Positions 15,962 to 25,429 of a DNA stretch of 35,121 nucleotides are shown piece by piece. How positions within the stretch are numbered: the first letter of the stretch is position 1; each line of letters opens with the position of its first letter. The translations under genes and the position numbers were made by a program. The DNA is from a virus. Lineage: Duplodnaviria; Heunggongvirae; Uroviricota; Caudoviricetes. The notes under the pieces are model-generated. The model did not search any database. It had not been told where the DNA came from and saw only the letters and a program-made list of their open reading frames with translations. Location of the stretch: positions 1 to 35,121 of IMG/VR virus record IMGVR_UViG_3300037419_002054; one strand, written 5' to 3'.

Positions 15962-16578
15962 CAGCTGGCCGGTTCCACGTAGAAGTTGTCGGTGCCCGGG
16001 ACGACCGTGAAGCCGTGTTCCTCCGGGTTGGGCTTGAACCCAGGGTGCGCCGAGAGGAAGTCCTTGATCGGGGTCCGCTGCACCTCCCGGACAACCTTCA
16101 CCTCCACGCCCATCCTCTCGGCGAACGCGAGGGCGGCCGGCATGTCGGTGATCTCGATCTTGTCCCCGCTCCGGCGCCGGCCGAACTTCCCGTGCGGGAG
16201 GCTGCGGCTCTTCTTCCCGCCGAAGTCGTACTGCCGCGCGATGGCCTCGATCTGCCGGGCGAGGAAGTCCCGCTGCCGCCGGAGGGGAGCCGTCTCCCCC
16301 GCCAGCCAGCGTTCGATCCGCTCCAGGGTGTCGCGCTTGCGCTGGTCCGCGATCTCCTCGGCGGTGGAGATCTCCGCGTCCAGCTCACCCAGCTTCTGCA
16401 GGGCGGTGTCCAGCATCGTGTCTACGCGGGCGCGGTCCTCGAAGGACTTGAGCCCGAGGGACGGCTCCGCGAGGGAGCCGAGCTGCTCCAGGTCGTCTTC
16501 CTCCAGCCGGAGCAGGCGCGGGGGCTCCTTCTCGGAGCCCCCGCCGGCCTGCGAGACGACGTCGAGGACGCCGCTCAC
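15961..16578 (-). CDS. Mu Gam-like DNA end-protection protein
   Basis: N-terminal coiled coil then [14 protein letters not shown], typical of the Gam/Gp157 family. Confidence 0.7.
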   Translation of the reverse strand: MSGVLDVVSQAGGGSEKEPPRLLRLEEDDLEQLGSLAEPSLGLKSFEDRARVDTMLDTALQKLGELDAEISTAEEIADQRKRDTLERIERWLAGETAPLRRQRDFLARQIEAIARQYDFGGKKSRSLPHGKFGRRRSGDKIEITDMPAALAFAERMGVEVKVVREVQRTPIKDFLSAHPGFKPNPEEHGFTVVPGTDNFYVEPAS

Positions 16579-17282
16579 TGCACCTTCGGCGAGATGATGT
16601 ACGTGTAGGCGCCCTCGCGGACGGCGACGAGGCCGTTCGGGGTCGTCAGGGTCAGCGAGGACTGCGTGAAGTCCTTCAGCTGCTTGAACACGTCCGTCAC
16701 GATCTTGCCGTCCAGCATCAGCGTGAACTCCTGCGTGGCGCCGGGGGCGCCGTTCAGGTCGTACTCCGCGTTGTGGCTGGTCTCGTGGCCGACGACGATC
16801 GTCACCCCGGTCGTCTTGACCTGGATGTAAATGTCCTCGGCCTTCAGCAGCGCGAAGGTGTTGATCACGCCCTCCACCACCGCCTGCGAGAGCGGGATCG
16901 AGGTGGGGTACTGCTCCAGGAGCCCCGTCACCTTCGAGAGGTTCGCCGGGTCGATCGAGGTGTGGATGGTCTCCGGCGCCATCGTCACCAGCTTGATGCG
17001 GCCGGCGTGCTTCGAGGCCACGTGGATCTTGCGGTCCTCGAACGAGATGCTCGCCTCCCTCCCCTCGCCGGCCTTCAGCGCGCGGATCAGCAGGTCGAGG
17101 TTGTCGACCCCGACCGGGTTCGGAAGGGGCTCGGTCTTCAGCGGCGGGGCGATCACCAGCAGCTGCTGGTCCTGCTTGATCGCCGCCACCTCGAACGAAC
17201 CGCTCAGGATGACCTCGTTCAGCTGGCCACCCACGCGGATCTTTTCGAGGTGCGCGACGACCTCGTTGCGGTCTGCGATCAA
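16575..17282 (-). CDS. sliding clamp (PCNA/gp45-like)
   Basis: TTG start with GGAG RBS gives 235 aa; beta-rich two-domain pattern, ends YTYIISP; two genes from the clamp loader. Confidence 0.65.
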   Translation of the reverse strand: MIADRNEVVAHLEKIRVGGQLNEVILSGSFEVAAIKQDQQLLVIAPPLKTEPLPNPVGVDNLDLLIRALKAGEGREASISFEDRKIHVASKHAGRIKLVTMAPETIHTSIDPANLSKVTGLLEQYPTSIPLSQAVVEGVINTFALLKAEDIYIQVKTTGVTIVVGHETSHNAEYDLNGAPGATQEFTLMLDGKIVTDVFKQLKDFTQSSLTLTTPNGLVAVREGAYTYIISPKVQ

Positions 17283-17343
17283 AACGTCTTCTCCGGGTTG
17301 GTTGAAGGGGGCGTACGCACGCACGTCCCCAGGGGTAACGAAT

Positions 17344-18201
17344 TCAGCTGGTCGCTGTTCGGTTGACGAGCCGGCGCATCGCCTCCGGCTCCAGGACCCC
17401 GGGGTCCATCGACTCCGGGAGGGATATCGACTTCGCGTCGGGACGCACCGCCTTGACGGTCCACAGATAGCGGTTGCGCGTGGCGTCCCCGACGTCCCCG
17501 TCGAGCAAGAGGATGATTGGCGCCTCGTCCGGAACGCGGGACACCCACTCGAGGAGCCCGTCCGCGGACTTGCCCAGGAGGAGGCCGACGTTGAAGCCGG
17601 CGCGAGCTCCGGAGATCCCGTCGAACACCCCCTCGCTGATGAGGTAGGGGGCGTTCCGGTTCTTCTGCCGGTATCCGGCAATGACCCGCTGAGGGTATGA
17701 GGCGAGGTACTTCGGACGCTCTCCGGTGTAACCGCGGGCGACGTGGCCGACCGTTTGCTGCGACCAGAACTCGCGGACGGGGACGATGATCCGCCCGTAA
17801 TACTGGTGCCCCTGCTTGACGCAGACGCCGATCTCGTAGCGCATCATATCCTCCAGCCGCACTCCGCGCCGCGTGAGGTAGGCGACCGCGGAGTGGATGC
17901 GCTGAGCCGGAGTGACCGGCACGTCGTCAAACGAGAAGAGCGGACGCGCCGGCCCGGACTTCGCGATCCGGACCGGGATGTGAAGGTCGGTCCCCAGCCG
18001 CGAGTTCAGGAGGAAGTCGAGACGGCTTCCTTTCCCCGCGTCGCAGGACCAGCAGTGATAGATCCCCTGCGCCGCGGACAGCTCGAGGTTCCACTTGTCG
18101 TTGCCGCAGAACCAGCAGGACTCTACGACAACCTCCTCCTTCTTGATCCGGCAGACGTGGCCGCGGGAGGCGAGGAGGCTCTGCAGTTCGGTCGGGCTCA
18201 T
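17344..18201 (-). CDS. DNA primase (Zn ribbon plus TOPRIM)
   Basis: CWFC...CWSC, YYGRIIVP, KYL, ISEGVFD, LLLDGD, DPG. Confidence 0.85.
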   Translation of the reverse strand: MSPTELQSLLASRGHVCRIKKEEVVVESCWFCGNDKWNLELSAAQGIYHCWSCDAGKGSRLDFLLNSRLGTDLHIPVRIAKSGPARPLFSFDDVPVTPAQRIHSAVAYLTRRGVRLEDMMRYEIGVCVKQGHQYYGRIIVPVREFWSQQTVGHVARGYTGERPKYLASYPQRVIAGYRQKNRNAPYLISEGVFDGISGARAGFNVGLLLGKSADGLLEWVSRVPDEAPIILLLDGDVGDATRNRYLWTVKAVRPDAKSISLPESMDPGVLEPEAMRRLVNRTATS

Positions 18202-18980
18202 CCGTTCAGGATCATGCTAAGGACCGTGGGCGCCGGCTTCGGGGCGTACCGCGGGCCGCTAACCCGCTGACCCTTCAGCGCCTGCTGGATGCGGCCGAAG
18301 TAGTCGAACGCCTCCAGCCAGGAGTTCGCATCCCTCCCGTTCTTCCGCGCTGCGTAGGACCATGCGATGGAGTCCGCAGACCACAGGAGGTTACGGACCC
18401 GCGGCGAGCGCAGGAGAGCGAGCTTGATGCCAAATCCGTGGAGACGTAGGTCCGGACGTGCCTCCTTGATCGCGCGTAGGATGACGGCCACCTCCTCTGC
18501 GGACTTGCGGGACACCACGTTGCCGACCCCGACCCAGGCGTTCGGCTGCAGGAGATCCCCGTACGCGTGCAGGTGACGGACGTACTCCGCCGGGAGTTGC
18601 CCCTGCAGGACCGGCATCAGGTTGATCCGGCGGGGTACCAGCGCCCGAAGACGCCGGAACCGCTCAAGCGTCCGGGACTGGCACTCGCTCACCGTGAGGC
18701 CGGTACGGTCGAGAAGCTTTGGGCCGCACGGATAGTCCTGAGAAGCCGCGGCCAGCAGCTCCCCGCACCGCGCCCAGCGGACGACTTGCCGGGCGTACTC
18801 CTCCACGTCCAGGCGGTGATCCCCGTGGTTGAGGATCTCGGTGAACCCTCCGGAGTCCATCATCCACTCCTTGACGCGGAAGTCTGACTTCCGCGCCTTG
18901 ATGGAGTTGACGGATACGAGGCAGCGGCGGAACCGCCACGTGGCGCTGATCCGGTGTAGGCCGACGAAGAACCGCGTCAC
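18198..18980 (-). CDS. dpdA: third TGT-fold protein, compact DpdA-like deazapurine DNA transglycosylase
   Basis: MDSGGF, QDYPC, PVLQG, VGVGNV, LHGFG, SADSIAWSYAAR; no CxCxxC Zn site; 4-nt overlaps with helicase and primase. Confidence 0.75.
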   Translation of the reverse strand: MTRFFVGLHRISATWRFRRCLVSVNSIKARKSDFRVKEWMMDSGGFTEILNHGDHRLDVEEYARQVVRWARCGELLAAASQDYPCGPKLLDRTGLTVSECQSRTLERFRRLRALVPRRINLMPVLQGQLPAEYVRHLHAYGDLLQPNAWVGVGNVVSRKSAEEVAVILRAIKEARPDLRLHGFGIKLALLRSPRVRNLLWSADSIAWSYAARKNGRDANSWLEAFDYFGRIQQALKGQRVSGPRYAPKPAPTVLSMILNG

Positions 18981-20269
18981 GCGGCCATCGCCAGCAGCCC
19001 GCGCTCCCGCATGAGCCGCTGCGTATTCGGGTGGTCCAGATCCCCGACATAGCAGAGGTCGTGGTAGATCAGCAGCGGGATCTCCTGCCCACGCCCGGGG
19101 TTGTCTCGCACCTTCAGCAGTCCCATCCGGCCTTGGAAGACCTGGGCCTCCTCCGGCGTCTGGACGATGGAGAGAAGGATATCGGCGGCGCGTACCTTCT
19201 CGTACGAGTCGCCCATGTCAGCCATCGTCAGCCGCTCCGCGGTGTTAGCCTTGCGGACCGCCTGCGTCGCCGTGAGTACGGTGCAGTCGTACTTCAGGGC
19301 GATCGCGCGCACGAGGTGCGAGACCTTGCCCAGGTCCTGATAGCGGTTGTCTCCCCGGCCCGGAGGCTTCAGGAGGTCGAGGTAGTCGATGATGATGAGG
19401 TCCGGCGGTCCGTGTACCGCGGCGAACCGATCAACAAGTACAGCCAGCTGCTCCGGCTCGAGGCTGTACGCGGGGGCCTCCAGCACGTGGAGATTGCCCC
19501 GCATGCGCCCCGTCCAGTGCTCCGCGCGCCGCCGCACCTCCCCGAGATCCTGCCGGTACAGGCTACGGTCGGACTCCGTCACCTTCTGGTAGAGACGGCG
19601 GAGCGTCTTCGACGTCGCCAGCTCCAGCGTGATGTGCAAGACGTTCCCCCCGAAGAGGGCCGCCGCCGCGCCGAAGTTGACAAGCGACTGCGTCTTACCG
19701 ACGCCGGAGTCGGCGAGGAGGAACACCAGCTCGCTCCCCCGCCACCCGCCGATAAACTCATCCAGCTTCGGGATGCCCGTAGGGATGTAGTTCTCCGCCG
19801 GCTCTGGCGTCAGCCAGCGGTCCACGTCTTTGATCGAGGCCAGCCCCGAGATGCTGACCGGCTCGATCCTGCTGATCTCCTGTGCGAGGCCGCGGAACAG
19901 TTCCGGCGTCACCTCCGTCATCGAGTTCAGCCGAGCCAGCGCGGTATGCGCCGCGGCGGCCTGCAGCTGCGGGGTCACACTCTCCGCAAGGTGCGAGGGC
20001 GTGTATCCCGAAATGTCCTGGGAGTACAGCTTGCCGAGGGACTCGATGATCCCGGCCCGCTGCACCTCCGGGAGCTGGGAGGCCCACAGCTGCAGGTCTC
20101 CGTCTCGCGGCAGGGTCCGGTGCTGGCGCACGAACCCTACGACGAACTCCATGATCCCGCGGTAATACGGCTGGGCGACCACGAGGTCGCTCTTCAGCGC
20201 GTCCCCGAGGACGTCGACAACCTCGCGGTGCCGGAGGGCCGCCGCGAGGATCTTCTCGGTGCTAATCAC
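18977..20269 (-). CDS. dnaB: replicative DnaB/gp41-like helicase
   Basis: TGIPKLD, ADSGVGKT, HITLEL, IIIDYLDLL, TATQ, KVRD. Confidence 0.88.
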   Translation of the reverse strand: MISTEKILAAALRHREVVDVLGDALKSDLVVAQPYYRGIMEFVVGFVRQHRTLPRDGDLQLWASQLPEVQRAGIIESLGKLYSQDISGYTPSHLAESVTPQLQAAAAHTALARLNSMTEVTPELFRGLAQEISRIEPVSISGLASIKDVDRWLTPEPAENYIPTGIPKLDEFIGGWRGSELVFLLADSGVGKTQSLVNFGAAAALFGGNVLHITLELATSKTLRRLYQKVTESDRSLYRQDLGEVRRRAEHWTGRMRGNLHVLEAPAYSLEPEQLAVLVDRFAAVHGPPDLIIIDYLDLLKPPGRGDNRYQDLGKVSHLVRAIALKYDCTVLTATQAVRKANTAERLTMADMGDSYEKVRAADILLSIVQTPEEAQVFQGRMGLLKVRDNPGRGQEIPLLIYHDLCYVGDLDHPNTQRLMRERGLLAMAA

Positions 20270-20874
20270 AGGTCGTTGTATCTCCCCGTCAGCCGGCAGT
20301 CCTCACCGTCGAACTCCGCCACGCTCGCCCGCTGGAAGAGGCGGGACACCTCGTGCGGATGCAGCTTCGCTCGGATCTGCGCGACGGAGAAGTTGGTAGT
20401 GGCGACGAGTGCCACCTGATTCTGGTGCGCGATCTCGATGACCCGGTTCAGGATCTGCGTGAGCTCGTGCTCCCCGAGGTCCCGGCCGAAAATATCGTCC
20501 AGCACCAGCATCCGGTCGCATCCCCGGATGAGGTCGTAGGGGTCGTGGTCCCGCGTCCCGTAGGACTTCTTCACGCGGTCGCAGAAGGAGGGGACGTGCA
20601 GCCAGACGCTCGCGATGGTGTCGAAGCGCAGGACCCCCCAACGGTAGAGCCCCACGCCCAGGTGGCTCTTGCCGGTGCCGGCGGTGCCGGTCATGATAAG
20701 GTGGGGGCTCTTGCCCTCCTCTACTTCCTTGATGAAGGGACGGATGAGGTCGGGCACGCCGGAGCGCACCGACGTATCGTAGCCGGCCAGCTGCTTCGTC
20801 CAGTATTCCCGCGGGAGGTACAGAATCGTGTTGCTACCCGGGATATCGGCCATCCCAAAGACGCGCCCGCTCAT
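20266..20874 (-). CDS. DnaC/IstB-like helicase loader ATPase
   Basis: GTAGTGKSHL, LVLDDIFG, TTN, VSRL; ATGA overlap at 20874. Confidence 0.8.
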   Translation of the reverse strand: MSGRVFGMADIPGSNTILYLPREYWTKQLAGYDTSVRSGVPDLIRPFIKEVEEGKSPHLIMTGTAGTGKSHLGVGLYRWGVLRFDTIASVWLHVPSFCDRVKKSYGTRDHDPYDLIRGCDRMLVLDDIFGRDLGEHELTQILNRVIEIAHQNQVALVATTNFSVAQIRAKLHPHEVSRLFQRASVAEFDGEDCRLTGRYNDL

Positions 20875-21443
20875 ACCTTGGTCACCTTGATGAACTCGAA
20901 CTGGGCGTCGTGCGCCGTGTGCGCCTCTGCAAACATCCCGAGGCTCCCGCGAAGGAGTTGGGTGGCGCGGCGGAGTGTGTTCGGGTGGAAGCACGCCCCG
21001 GGGTGGTTGAGCCCGTTCGCGAAGCAGTGCCCGACGAACGTGCCCGGGTCGTTGACCTGGATCATCACCCCGATGACCTGATCGAGCTGGAAGTTGGCGG
21101 ACGTCAGGGACGCGTCTGTCCGCTGCGAACGCATCTGCGTTCCGAACTCCTTGACGCACGCCAGGAGCCGGAGCAGGCTGTCCCGGTCCGGAGGGATGAC
21201 GTCCAGCGCCGATCCCCACCGCGGGAGCCGCTTCGGGTGCAAGAAGAGCGCGCGCATCGCCCAGTACACCTCCTGGGCCACCGGGTCCGTGGGAGGGCCG
21301 ACGATCGCGACGAGAGCAGCCAGCCGGATCAGGTCCCGCTGGCTGTTGATTCTCAGGTGCGCCTGCTTCGCTGAGGACGCGAAGAACTGCGCCCATTGCC
21401 GTACGGACGGCGCTGGGCGCTTCGGGAGCCTATCGGCGGGCAC
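20871..21443 (-). CDS. hypothetical protein (possible replication initiator partner)
   Basis: GGAGG RBS 7 nt before GTG at 21443; coupled to the loader gene. Confidence 0.6.
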   Translation of the reverse strand: MPADRLPKRPAPSVRQWAQFFASSAKQAHLRINSQRDLIRLAALVAIVGPPTDPVAQEVYWAMRALFLHPKRLPRWGSALDVIPPDRDSLLRLLACVKEFGTQMRSQRTDASLTSANFQLDQVIGVMIQVNDPGTFVGHCFANGLNHPGACFHPNTLRRATQLLRGSLGMFAEAHTAHDAQFEFIKVTKV

Positions 21444-22890
21444 GGTACACCTCCATCTCGAATCCTTCATCGTTGTACAGGCGGATGCGCCGCTTCGCTC
21501 CCTCCTCGAGGTAGCGGTGCCCGCGGTCGATGATGTCGTAGGTGAACAGGTACTCCTTACCCTCTCCGCGGCGGAGCCCGCGCCCGAGGCGCTGCAGGGT
21601 CTGCCGGCCGCTACCTTCCGCGGACGCGAAGATGAGTCCCACGACCTTCCCCAGCTTGTTCGACCCGCGGTCGAGGATCTTCGTTGTGATGAGGTTCTGG
21701 AACCCGCCGCGCCCGAACCTCTCCAGCACGTCCTCGCGTACTTCCTTCGGTGCCGACCCGTCGAGGAACACAGCGTCTTCGATGAAGCGCTGCAGCTGCT
21801 CCCCGTGCGCCACGCGGTTGATGATGATCGCGTTTTGCGCGTCCTTGATCCGGAGGAAGTCGATGTAGCGGTGTCGGTCCTCGTTGAGGATGACGCCGTG
21901 ATCGAACACCCACTGACGCTGCGCCCCCGGGGCGAGGTCAAAGAACCCGTCCGGACGCTTCGGGAAGCGCGCCTCGAAGGCGCAGAGGACGATCGTCGGG
22001 CGGGCGCTGATCCCGCGCTCCACCAGCTCCTTGTTGCGGACCCGGAGGAGGATCGGCCCCATCATCTCTTCGAGGACGAGGTGCTCGACCGTTCCCTCCG
22101 CAGGCCACGTCCCGCTGAACCCGATCCTCCAGACGGTGTTCTTTGCGGCCTTCATGACCGATTTCCACGTGTCCGCCGTCCCCTTGTCGGCCTCGTCGAG
22201 CAGGAGCATCTGCACGCCCTCCAGCCACTTCCGCCAGCGCTTCGAGCGGTCGCTGACCTTGTCCTTATCCTCCGGCTTCTTCTCCGAGAGCCGGCGGACG
22301 AGGGTGGGGATCATCGCGAGAGTGATCCCCTCGGTTGGGGGCGGTTCCGGGCGGCCGGCCTCCACGAGGTGTGGATCCAGCCCGGACCACTTCTGCACTT
22401 CCTCCTTGAGCGCGTTGAAGACCGACACCTCGTCGCAGAGAATGAGGACGCGCATCCCGCTATCCACCGCACCCTTTGCGGCGAGTGCGATGATCGCCCC
22501 CTTGCCCGCGTTGGTTGCGAAGGAGATCCGTCCCCAGCGGTGGGTCTGGATCTGGCGTAGCACGTCCGCCTGATAGTCCCGGAGCGAGTCCGGTATCTCG
22601 ACGCGGAGAGGCGGCACGGGAATGTCCCGAGCCGCCGCCCCGGGGAAGGCGGCCTGCAGCGCCGGCATGAGTCCGCGGAAGGCCGCCAGCTCGAAGATGC
22701 CGGGGCTGATCTGCCGCATCCACTTCCCGACGCGCGTGTAGCCGTCCCAGTGCCCCTTCTTGAACGAGGGACTGTACTTGTATCCAGGAGCCCGCACCGC
22801 GATGGACTGCCGCCAGTTGGCCAGCTCCTGGCCCCCACGGACGATCAGCTCACTCGGACCCTTCGAGATGATTGCGAGGGGACCGCTCAA
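21430..22890 (-). CDS. SF2 helicase (UvsW-like)
   Basis: LRDYQ, ATNAGKG, LLLDEAD, GFSGT, ILDRG, QRLGRGLR, YDIID. Confidence 0.88.
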   Translation of the reverse strand: MSGPLAIISKGPSELIVRGGQELANWRQSIAVRAPGYKYSPSFKKGHWDGYTRVGKWMRQISPGIFELAAFRGLMPALQAAFPGAAARDIPVPPLRVEIPDSLRDYQADVLRQIQTHRWGRISFATNAGKGAIIALAAKGAVDSGMRVLILCDEVSVFNALKEEVQKWSGLDPHLVEAGRPEPPPTEGITLAMIPTLVRRLSEKKPEDKDKVSDRSKRWRKWLEGVQMLLLDEADKGTADTWKSVMKAAKNTVWRIGFSGTWPAEGTVEHLVLEEMMGPILLRVRNKELVERGISARPTIVLCAFEARFPKRPDGFFDLAPGAQRQWVFDHGVILNEDRHRYIDFLRIKDAQNAIIINRVAHGEQLQRFIEDAVFLDGSAPKEVREDVLERFGRGGFQNLITTKILDRGSNKLGKVVGLIFASAEGSGRQTLQRLGRGLRRGEGKEYLFTYDIIDRGHRYLEEGAKRRIRLYNDEGFEMEVYRARR

Positions 22891-22893
22891 GCG

Positions 22894-23175
22894 TCAGGCC
22901 CCCTCCTCCAGCCGGGCGAGCTCCGCGAGCGTCGTACCCGGACCCAGCGCCTTCGCCAGGGAGGAGAAGGGGATCGCGCGCTGCTGCAGCTTCAGCACCA
23001 CGCGCCGCACGTCCGCGTCGGTGGAGATCCGGCCGCTGGCGAGCCCGAGCTGCTTGCTGAGGTTGTAGAGCCGGGTGAACGGGACGCACAGGAACGTCGC
23101 CCACCACGAGCACGAGGTCTTCGTGAAGCTTCCGTCGGCGGCGCGCTCGAGGGCGCCGGTGTTCTCTTCGGCCAT
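22894..23175 (-). CDS. hypothetical protein (93 aa)
   Basis: Tightly packed between sigma-like and helicase genes. Confidence 0.6.
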   Translation of the reverse strand: MAEENTGALERAADGSFTKTSCSWWATFLCVPFTRLYNLSKQLGLASGRISTDADVRRVVLKLQQRAIPFSSLAKALGPGTTLAELARLEEGA

Positions 23176-23179
23176 TCGA

Positions 23180-23869
23180 TCAGGTTGCGTAGTTGGGTGT
23201 CGGGGCGACGGAGTCGGCGAGGTCCCCGAGGTACTTGACCGCGATGCGCTGGATGCCCTTGAGGCTCTTCCAGAACTCGTTGACCGACATGATCCCGGAC
23301 GGGCCGCCCCGCCCGCCGATTGCGGAACGGATGTGCAGCTTGGTCACCATCACGCTGTCAACCGCATACCGGCGGTCCTCGCCCTGCGCCTTCTCCTCCT
23401 GCCGCTCAGAGTGGTCCTTCATCATCTCCGCGATCGCCTGCGGTGACGGGTCGACCAGATTCTCTGCGATGAGGCGTGCGCGCGGGCCCAGTACGCGTTC
23501 GACCTCCTCGTAGAACCGGAGGAACAGCACCTGCTCGTAGAACTCGTCGGCCCCCTCAATGATTGCGTAGGCGTCGGGGTCCTCCAGCTCCTCCTCCCGC
23601 TTGGGCCGGCGGTACGCGGTCTTCAGCATCCCGCGGCTCATCACCTTCGCGGCCCATCCGGAGGGGTTATCGATCTTCAGTCCCTTGCCGACGTAGTCGT
23701 CGATGGCCTCGAGGAGGGCCACGAATCCGTCCTGCACGAGGTCGTCGTGTTCGTCCTGATCGTAGGGGTTGCGCTGAACTCTCTTTGCGATGTAGTGGGC
23801 GAGGCGGGTGAAGTCCGTGACCCGGATCGTGGACGGGCAGACGGGAACAGCAAACGAGGCCGACTCCAT
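23180..23869 (-). CDS. sigma70-family-like phage sigma factor
   Basis: Region 2-like DDLVQDGFVALLEAIDDY; region 4 HTH degenerate or not recognisable. Confidence 0.7.
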   Translation of the reverse strand: MESASFAVPVCPSTIRVTDFTRLAHYIAKRVQRNPYDQDEHDDLVQDGFVALLEAIDDYVGKGLKIDNPSGWAAKVMSRGMLKTAYRRPKREEELEDPDAYAIIEGADEFYEQVLFLRFYEEVERVLGPRARLIAENLVDPSPQAIAEMMKDHSERQEEKAQGEDRRYAVDSVMVTKLHIRSAIGGRGGPSGIMSVNEFWKSLKGIQRIAVKYLGDLADSVAPTPNYAT

Positions 23870-24003
23870 GCAGACGGATCTCCGCGTGAGGCGTAGGATG
23901 GCGAAGAGCGCGCAGGGTTGCAGCGCTCCAGGTCAGAGCCTGGACCGTGTGGTCCGGTACAGCGATGTAGGGGATTGCCGGGGGTTCCCTCCCAGCGGAC
24001 TCA

Positions 24004-24033
24004 AGGCTAACGACGACCGACCCCGACCGTCAA
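24004..24033 (-). promoter_or_regulatory. candidate sigma70 promoter for the leftward replication operon
   Basis: TTGACG-N18-TAGCCT on the minus strand, about 135 nt upstream of the sigma-like gene. Confidence 0.45.
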
Positions 24034-24094
24034 CCGGAGGGCGTCATCAACTTTTGCAGATCTTTCAGTGTGCGAATCTTCACAAGGCCCTCGC

Positions 24095-24256
24095 GCGTAT
24101 ATAAGGAATCGCGGGCGCGCGCGGCCGGGCGCGTCTAAGGAATAAATCTTTATTTAGCTTATATTTACTCGCTCCTTCGGAGCGTGTATCCTTCGGATAC
24201 ACACTCCTCAGTCGCTCGGGTGTCGCCGTGCCGGCGACACTGGATCTCCGGAGACG
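24095..24256. other. AT-rich, hairpin-rich strand-switch region (candidate replication origin)
   Basis: taaggaataaatctttatttagcttatatttact followed by three perfect inverted repeats (24170-24184, 24184-24202, 24220-24240). Confidence 0.5.
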
Positions 24257-24304
24257 AAAACGAAGGTTTGCTGGGGCTCTCAGCGGATTCTCCTGCAGAA
24301 GGTG

Positions 24305-24386
24305 TTGACGCGGAGAGAAGCTGTGATTAACGTTCGCGGAGCTGGAAGAGCGGGGGCTTGACCCCCGGAGAGACCCGCGGTAACTT
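24305..24386 (+). promoter_or_regulatory. tandem sigma70-like promoters
   Basis: TTGACG-N17-TAACGT (24305-24333) and TTGACC-N17-TAACTT (24358-24386). Confidence 0.65.
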
Positions 24387-24417
24387 CCGCGCCCTTCGAA
24401 CCCAGGAGCCCCACCCG

Positions 24418-25263
24418 ATGACCGCCGCCGAGAAGAGCAGCAAGGACAAGATCCTCGAGAAGATCCGCCGGCTGAAGGCAGCGGCGGAGGCCAAGCGTGC
24501 CGCCGCGGAGCGCGGAGCGCACAGCGAGGGGACGATGGAGGAGGCCGAGGCGTTCGCGGCCAAGCTCGCCGAACTCCTCGCCCGACACAAGATCGACATG
24601 AAGGAGGTCGAGCTGGCGGAGCTCGACCAGACGGACCCGATGGGGACCCTCCGGGCGGACGGGGAAGCGGTGGGGTTCAAGCAGAAGGCCCGCCAGATCG
24701 CGTGGCAGCGCCGGCTCGCCGACATCGTCGCCCGGAACCACTTCTGCCGCACGCTCGTCTCGCAGGGGACGAACACGATCTGGTTCGTCGGCCGGGAGTC
24801 GGATCGGGAGGTCGCGGTCTTCCTGTACGCGTACCTCGTGCAGACGATGGAGACCTTCTGCAACCGGGAGTACGATCGCATTTACCACAACAAGCGCCGG
24901 GAGGGGACGGCGTACGAGATGCGCGGCTGGAAGAAGTCCTTCTATGACGGCGCCCTCAACTCCCTCTCGCGGCGGCTCCGGGAGCTGCGTCGCAGCATGG
25001 AGCAGGAGGGCTCGGGGGCCAACGCGCTGATCAAGCTGGCGGACGGCGCCGTGGACGCGTACGTCGACAAGACGTACCCGGGCAAGGCCAAGCGGATCGG
25101 CTCCTCGACGCAGGAGTTCAATCCGGAGGGCTGGCACCGCGGCAAGGAGTACGGCGAAAACGTCCAGCTCCGTCGCGGCGTGAAGGCCGGGGAGTCCCCC
25201 GCGCACCGCGGGATCGGCCGCGGGTCCGCCCCGCAATCCCGCCAGCTCGGCGCGGGCGCGTAA
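24418..25263 (+). CDS. DUF2786-like phage early protein
   Basis: KILEKIRRL...EEAEAFAAKLAELLARH, WFVG, KKSFYDG; AGGAG RBS before ATG at 24418. Confidence 0.75.
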   Translation: MTAAEKSSKDKILEKIRRLKAAAEAKRAAAERGAHSEGTMEEAEAFAAKLAELLARHKIDMKEVELAELDQTDPMGTLRADGEAVGFKQKARQIAWQRRLADIVARNHFCRTLVSQGTNTIWFVGRESDREVAVFLYAYLVQTMETFCNREYDRIYHNKRREGTAYEMRGWKKSFYDGALNSLSRRLRELRRSMEQEGSGANALIKLADGAVDAYVDKTYPGKAKRIGSSTQEFNPEGWHRGKEYGENVQLRRGVKAGESPAHRGIGRGSAPQSRQLGAGA

Positions 25264-25290
25264 CGCCTCCGACGCTGTCTTCCTCCTACG

Positions 25291-25327
25291 CGGGGGCCGG
25301 GGATCTCCCTCGGCCCCCGTTCCTTTC
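25291..25327 (+). terminator. intrinsic terminator
   Basis: CGGGGGCCGGGG/CCTCGGCCCCCG stem followed by TTCCTTTC. Confidence 0.65.
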
Positions 25328-25359
25328 GCGGCCCCCGTCACTCCCTTGGAAGAAACCTG

Positions 25360-25388
25360 TTGACGGTCGGACGATGACCGTTTATATT
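25360..25388 (+). promoter_or_regulatory. sigma70-like promoter
   Basis: TTGACG-N17-TATATT. Confidence 0.75.
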
Positions 25389-25429
25389 CTTCCACAGGTT
25401 GAGCGAACCCACTACCCGAGGAGCTGAAG

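Noticed and set aside
23808..24104. 98-aa plus-strand ORF in the switch region
   Set aside because: No RBS, overlaps the sigma gene start and the leftward promoter, no motif
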